In this document: in pieces, positions 20,325-22,033 of the stretch
Layout: each line of letters opens with the position of its first letter
How positions within the stretch are numbered: the first letter of the stretch is position 1
Origin: Oopsacas minuta
Taxonomy: Eukaryota > Animalia > Porifera
Direction: 5' to 3'
DNA: 22,033 nt
Assembly (NCBI GenBank): GCA_024704765.1
Contig: JAKMXF010000098.1
Coordinates: 2,682 to 24,714, forward strand
The notes under the pieces: generated by a model
Seen by the model: only the letters and a program-made list of their open reading frames with translations
Told to the model about the DNA's origin: nothing
Database searches by the model: none
Position numbers and translations under genes: made by a program

Positions 20325-21602
20325 CAGTGCAATACGAACAGCCTCGTAAGTACCTTTCCTCTTGACAACCATCTTACTTCGGTATGGAGCAAGAGTTGGA
20401 ATGCTCGCTGCCTATTTCATCACAGAGCACAACAAAGGGATGGGAATTCATTGGACGTGCCTTGATAAAATTCACCTTTTTTACAGCAGAATCCAACACC
20501 GACTTTAGATCTTCAGGCATTTTCTTCACTGCCAGGGCTTCGCGATGAATGCTGCAGTGGGTCCATCGCATCTCGGTGTCCACTTCGCTAATTCGTGCTG
20601 CTACTCCGTTGTGGCGACCGGTCATGGCCCTGGCGCTATCGGTGCAAACTCCAACATACTTTTCCTATCGAGATAATTCTCTTCGATAAAAGTATTCAAT
20701 ATCAGAAAAATGTGCTCTGCTGTAGTTCTCGTTATCAGTGTCTAACAGAACAAATTAGCTTAATCTGTTACGTCAGTTGTCTTGTCTAGTTATATTGAAA
20801 AATAACGGCTCTTCTTGATATGCTCGATCAATATGTTTTTAACGTCATCTGCCAAGTCGACTATTGTCCGCCATACGATGTCGTTTGATTGCTGCACCAA
20901 GTTTAACTGTCTGGCAGCCTTCTCCCCACACATACTATGGATGATCTCTTTAGCTAATGGTGAACACAGCTCCTCGCCAATATTACGTGACTTACCGGCT
21001 TTGGTTATGCTTAGGCTGGCACAGTAGGTGGCTTCCTGTGCTTTGGCCACGGTTGTAACACAGGACAGAATCATTGCCTTTGATTGCCTCAGTTCATCAA
21101 GTTTTCTCTGGAAGAATGCAACCGGTTTGTCTCTTATATTGCGTGTTTGGTTGTAAGATACCGTTTGAGATGCGCAGGCTTCATGCTTTCATTGCTGAGA
21201 ACATCAACACAGATTGCACACTGCAGCCTAGGCTCTCCCTCCGTCCGGTCCAACTGAATCCAAAACTAAGATAACTCTGAGCATATTTTGTTATAACTTT
21301 GCGGCGTTTGCTACAAACGTTAGCTGTTGTGCAGACTTCACTCACTTTCCTACCAGAGGCATTGTGGTCGCTTCAAAGTACTCCAATTCGTCAGTTACAA
21401 TTGAAATATTGTCCTGTCCACTCTTACTTTTCTTCCCTACCGTCACTGTTATGAGCCAACCATCCATATGTTTTTACCTTACTAACCTATTACAATGAGT
21501 ATTTTAGTGTAGAATATCCAAATTTTGATATACACGTAAATAAAATGAGATACCTCGCGTACCACCAGAAGGAGCACGCGTACCACAGTTTGAGAACCAC
21601 TG
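20325..21602 (-). mobile_element. 5' half of a hAT Buster/Charlie-type element with disrupted transposase (ATG at 21467)
   Basis: Terminus CAGTGGTTCTCAAACTGTGGTACGCG on the reverse strand from 21602; flank TTCTATGC fits nnnTAnnn; subterminal CGCGTACCAC x2. BED-like QCAICVDVLSNESMKPAHLKR; YFSI*LD.TTD; HCSIHREALA; LLHTEVRWLSRGKVL. Confidence 0.92.
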
Positions 21603-21727
21603 TTCTATGCGATTCCCAATGATGTTCATATAAATAGCATCCACTGTAATTGAAAGACACATATATGACTGAGCTTGGCACATTCTCAGTCTTTCAGTTT
21701 GAATTTCACACTATTAGTACGTACAAG

Positions 21728-22033
21728 AATATTGGGTACAATTGCAGAATCTTACACCCCTCAACTTTTTTAATGTGGTCAAAAATCCCTATGTGCACCG
21801 TTCAAGAACTCGTTGAGAGAAGTTGAAAGAGCTAAAGAACTCCAAAATCGGATTAAAATTGACAAACTTACTAAAATTTACTCCCTAAGCCAAATCCAAT
21901 GGGGAAAATTGTATTACTCACTATAGTCAAATTCTATTGATTTATACATTACAATTACCATAGGAATGCTCATACTGTTGATATTGCGGTTATACACGCT
22001 TGTTACTCTACTCTTTCATGTTCATTTGTTTGC
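21728..22033 (-). repeat. Unclassified interspersed repeat, copy 3 (runs off the window end)
   Basis: Reverse complement of ~3926-4230. The last 107 nt are identical to 5895-6001. Confidence 0.92.

Noticed and set aside
184-21681. Most 60-110 aa ORFs in the track (e.g. 184-375, 748-966, 10629-10874, 20815-21027) as genes
   Set aside because: They are antisense or alternative frames of transposase remnants, or translations of repeats, with no independent support.

Overview
AT-rich eukaryotic DNA (probably an invertebrate animal; inferred from the TE repertoire), made almost entirely of decayed and nested DNA transposons. I found no intact host gene, rRNA, tRNA or CRISPR array. Five roughly 1.3-1.4 kb IS630-Tc1-mariner elements keep TIR pairs and TA target duplications: a rosa/DD41D-like copy (split in two), maT/DD37D, two divergent DD37E copies and a Tc1/DD34E-type copy. 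There are also two mariner fragments, a Merlin (IS1016/ISXO2-like) transposase, a Kolobok-type ('Mutator-like') transposase fragment, three hAT remnants, a decayed Ulp1-type cysteine protease plus PHD-finger gene, and a three-copy unclassified repeat. Two single Ns (5894, 10954) divide the window into segments A, B and C. Two independent junction signals suggest the true order is C-B-A: a 9-bp target duplication that rejoins a minisatellite-TIR element inside the rosa element, and a 107-nt exact overlap between the window end and the bases after N5894. The least explained part is 17.1-19.5 kb. It holds a 107-nt hairpin with a 41-bp stem, a 16-bp palindrome, the longest ORF in the window (212 aa) and the Ulp1-PHD remnant. 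I see no clear evidence of a wholly new biological system. All family calls come from motifs read by eye; no database search was run.
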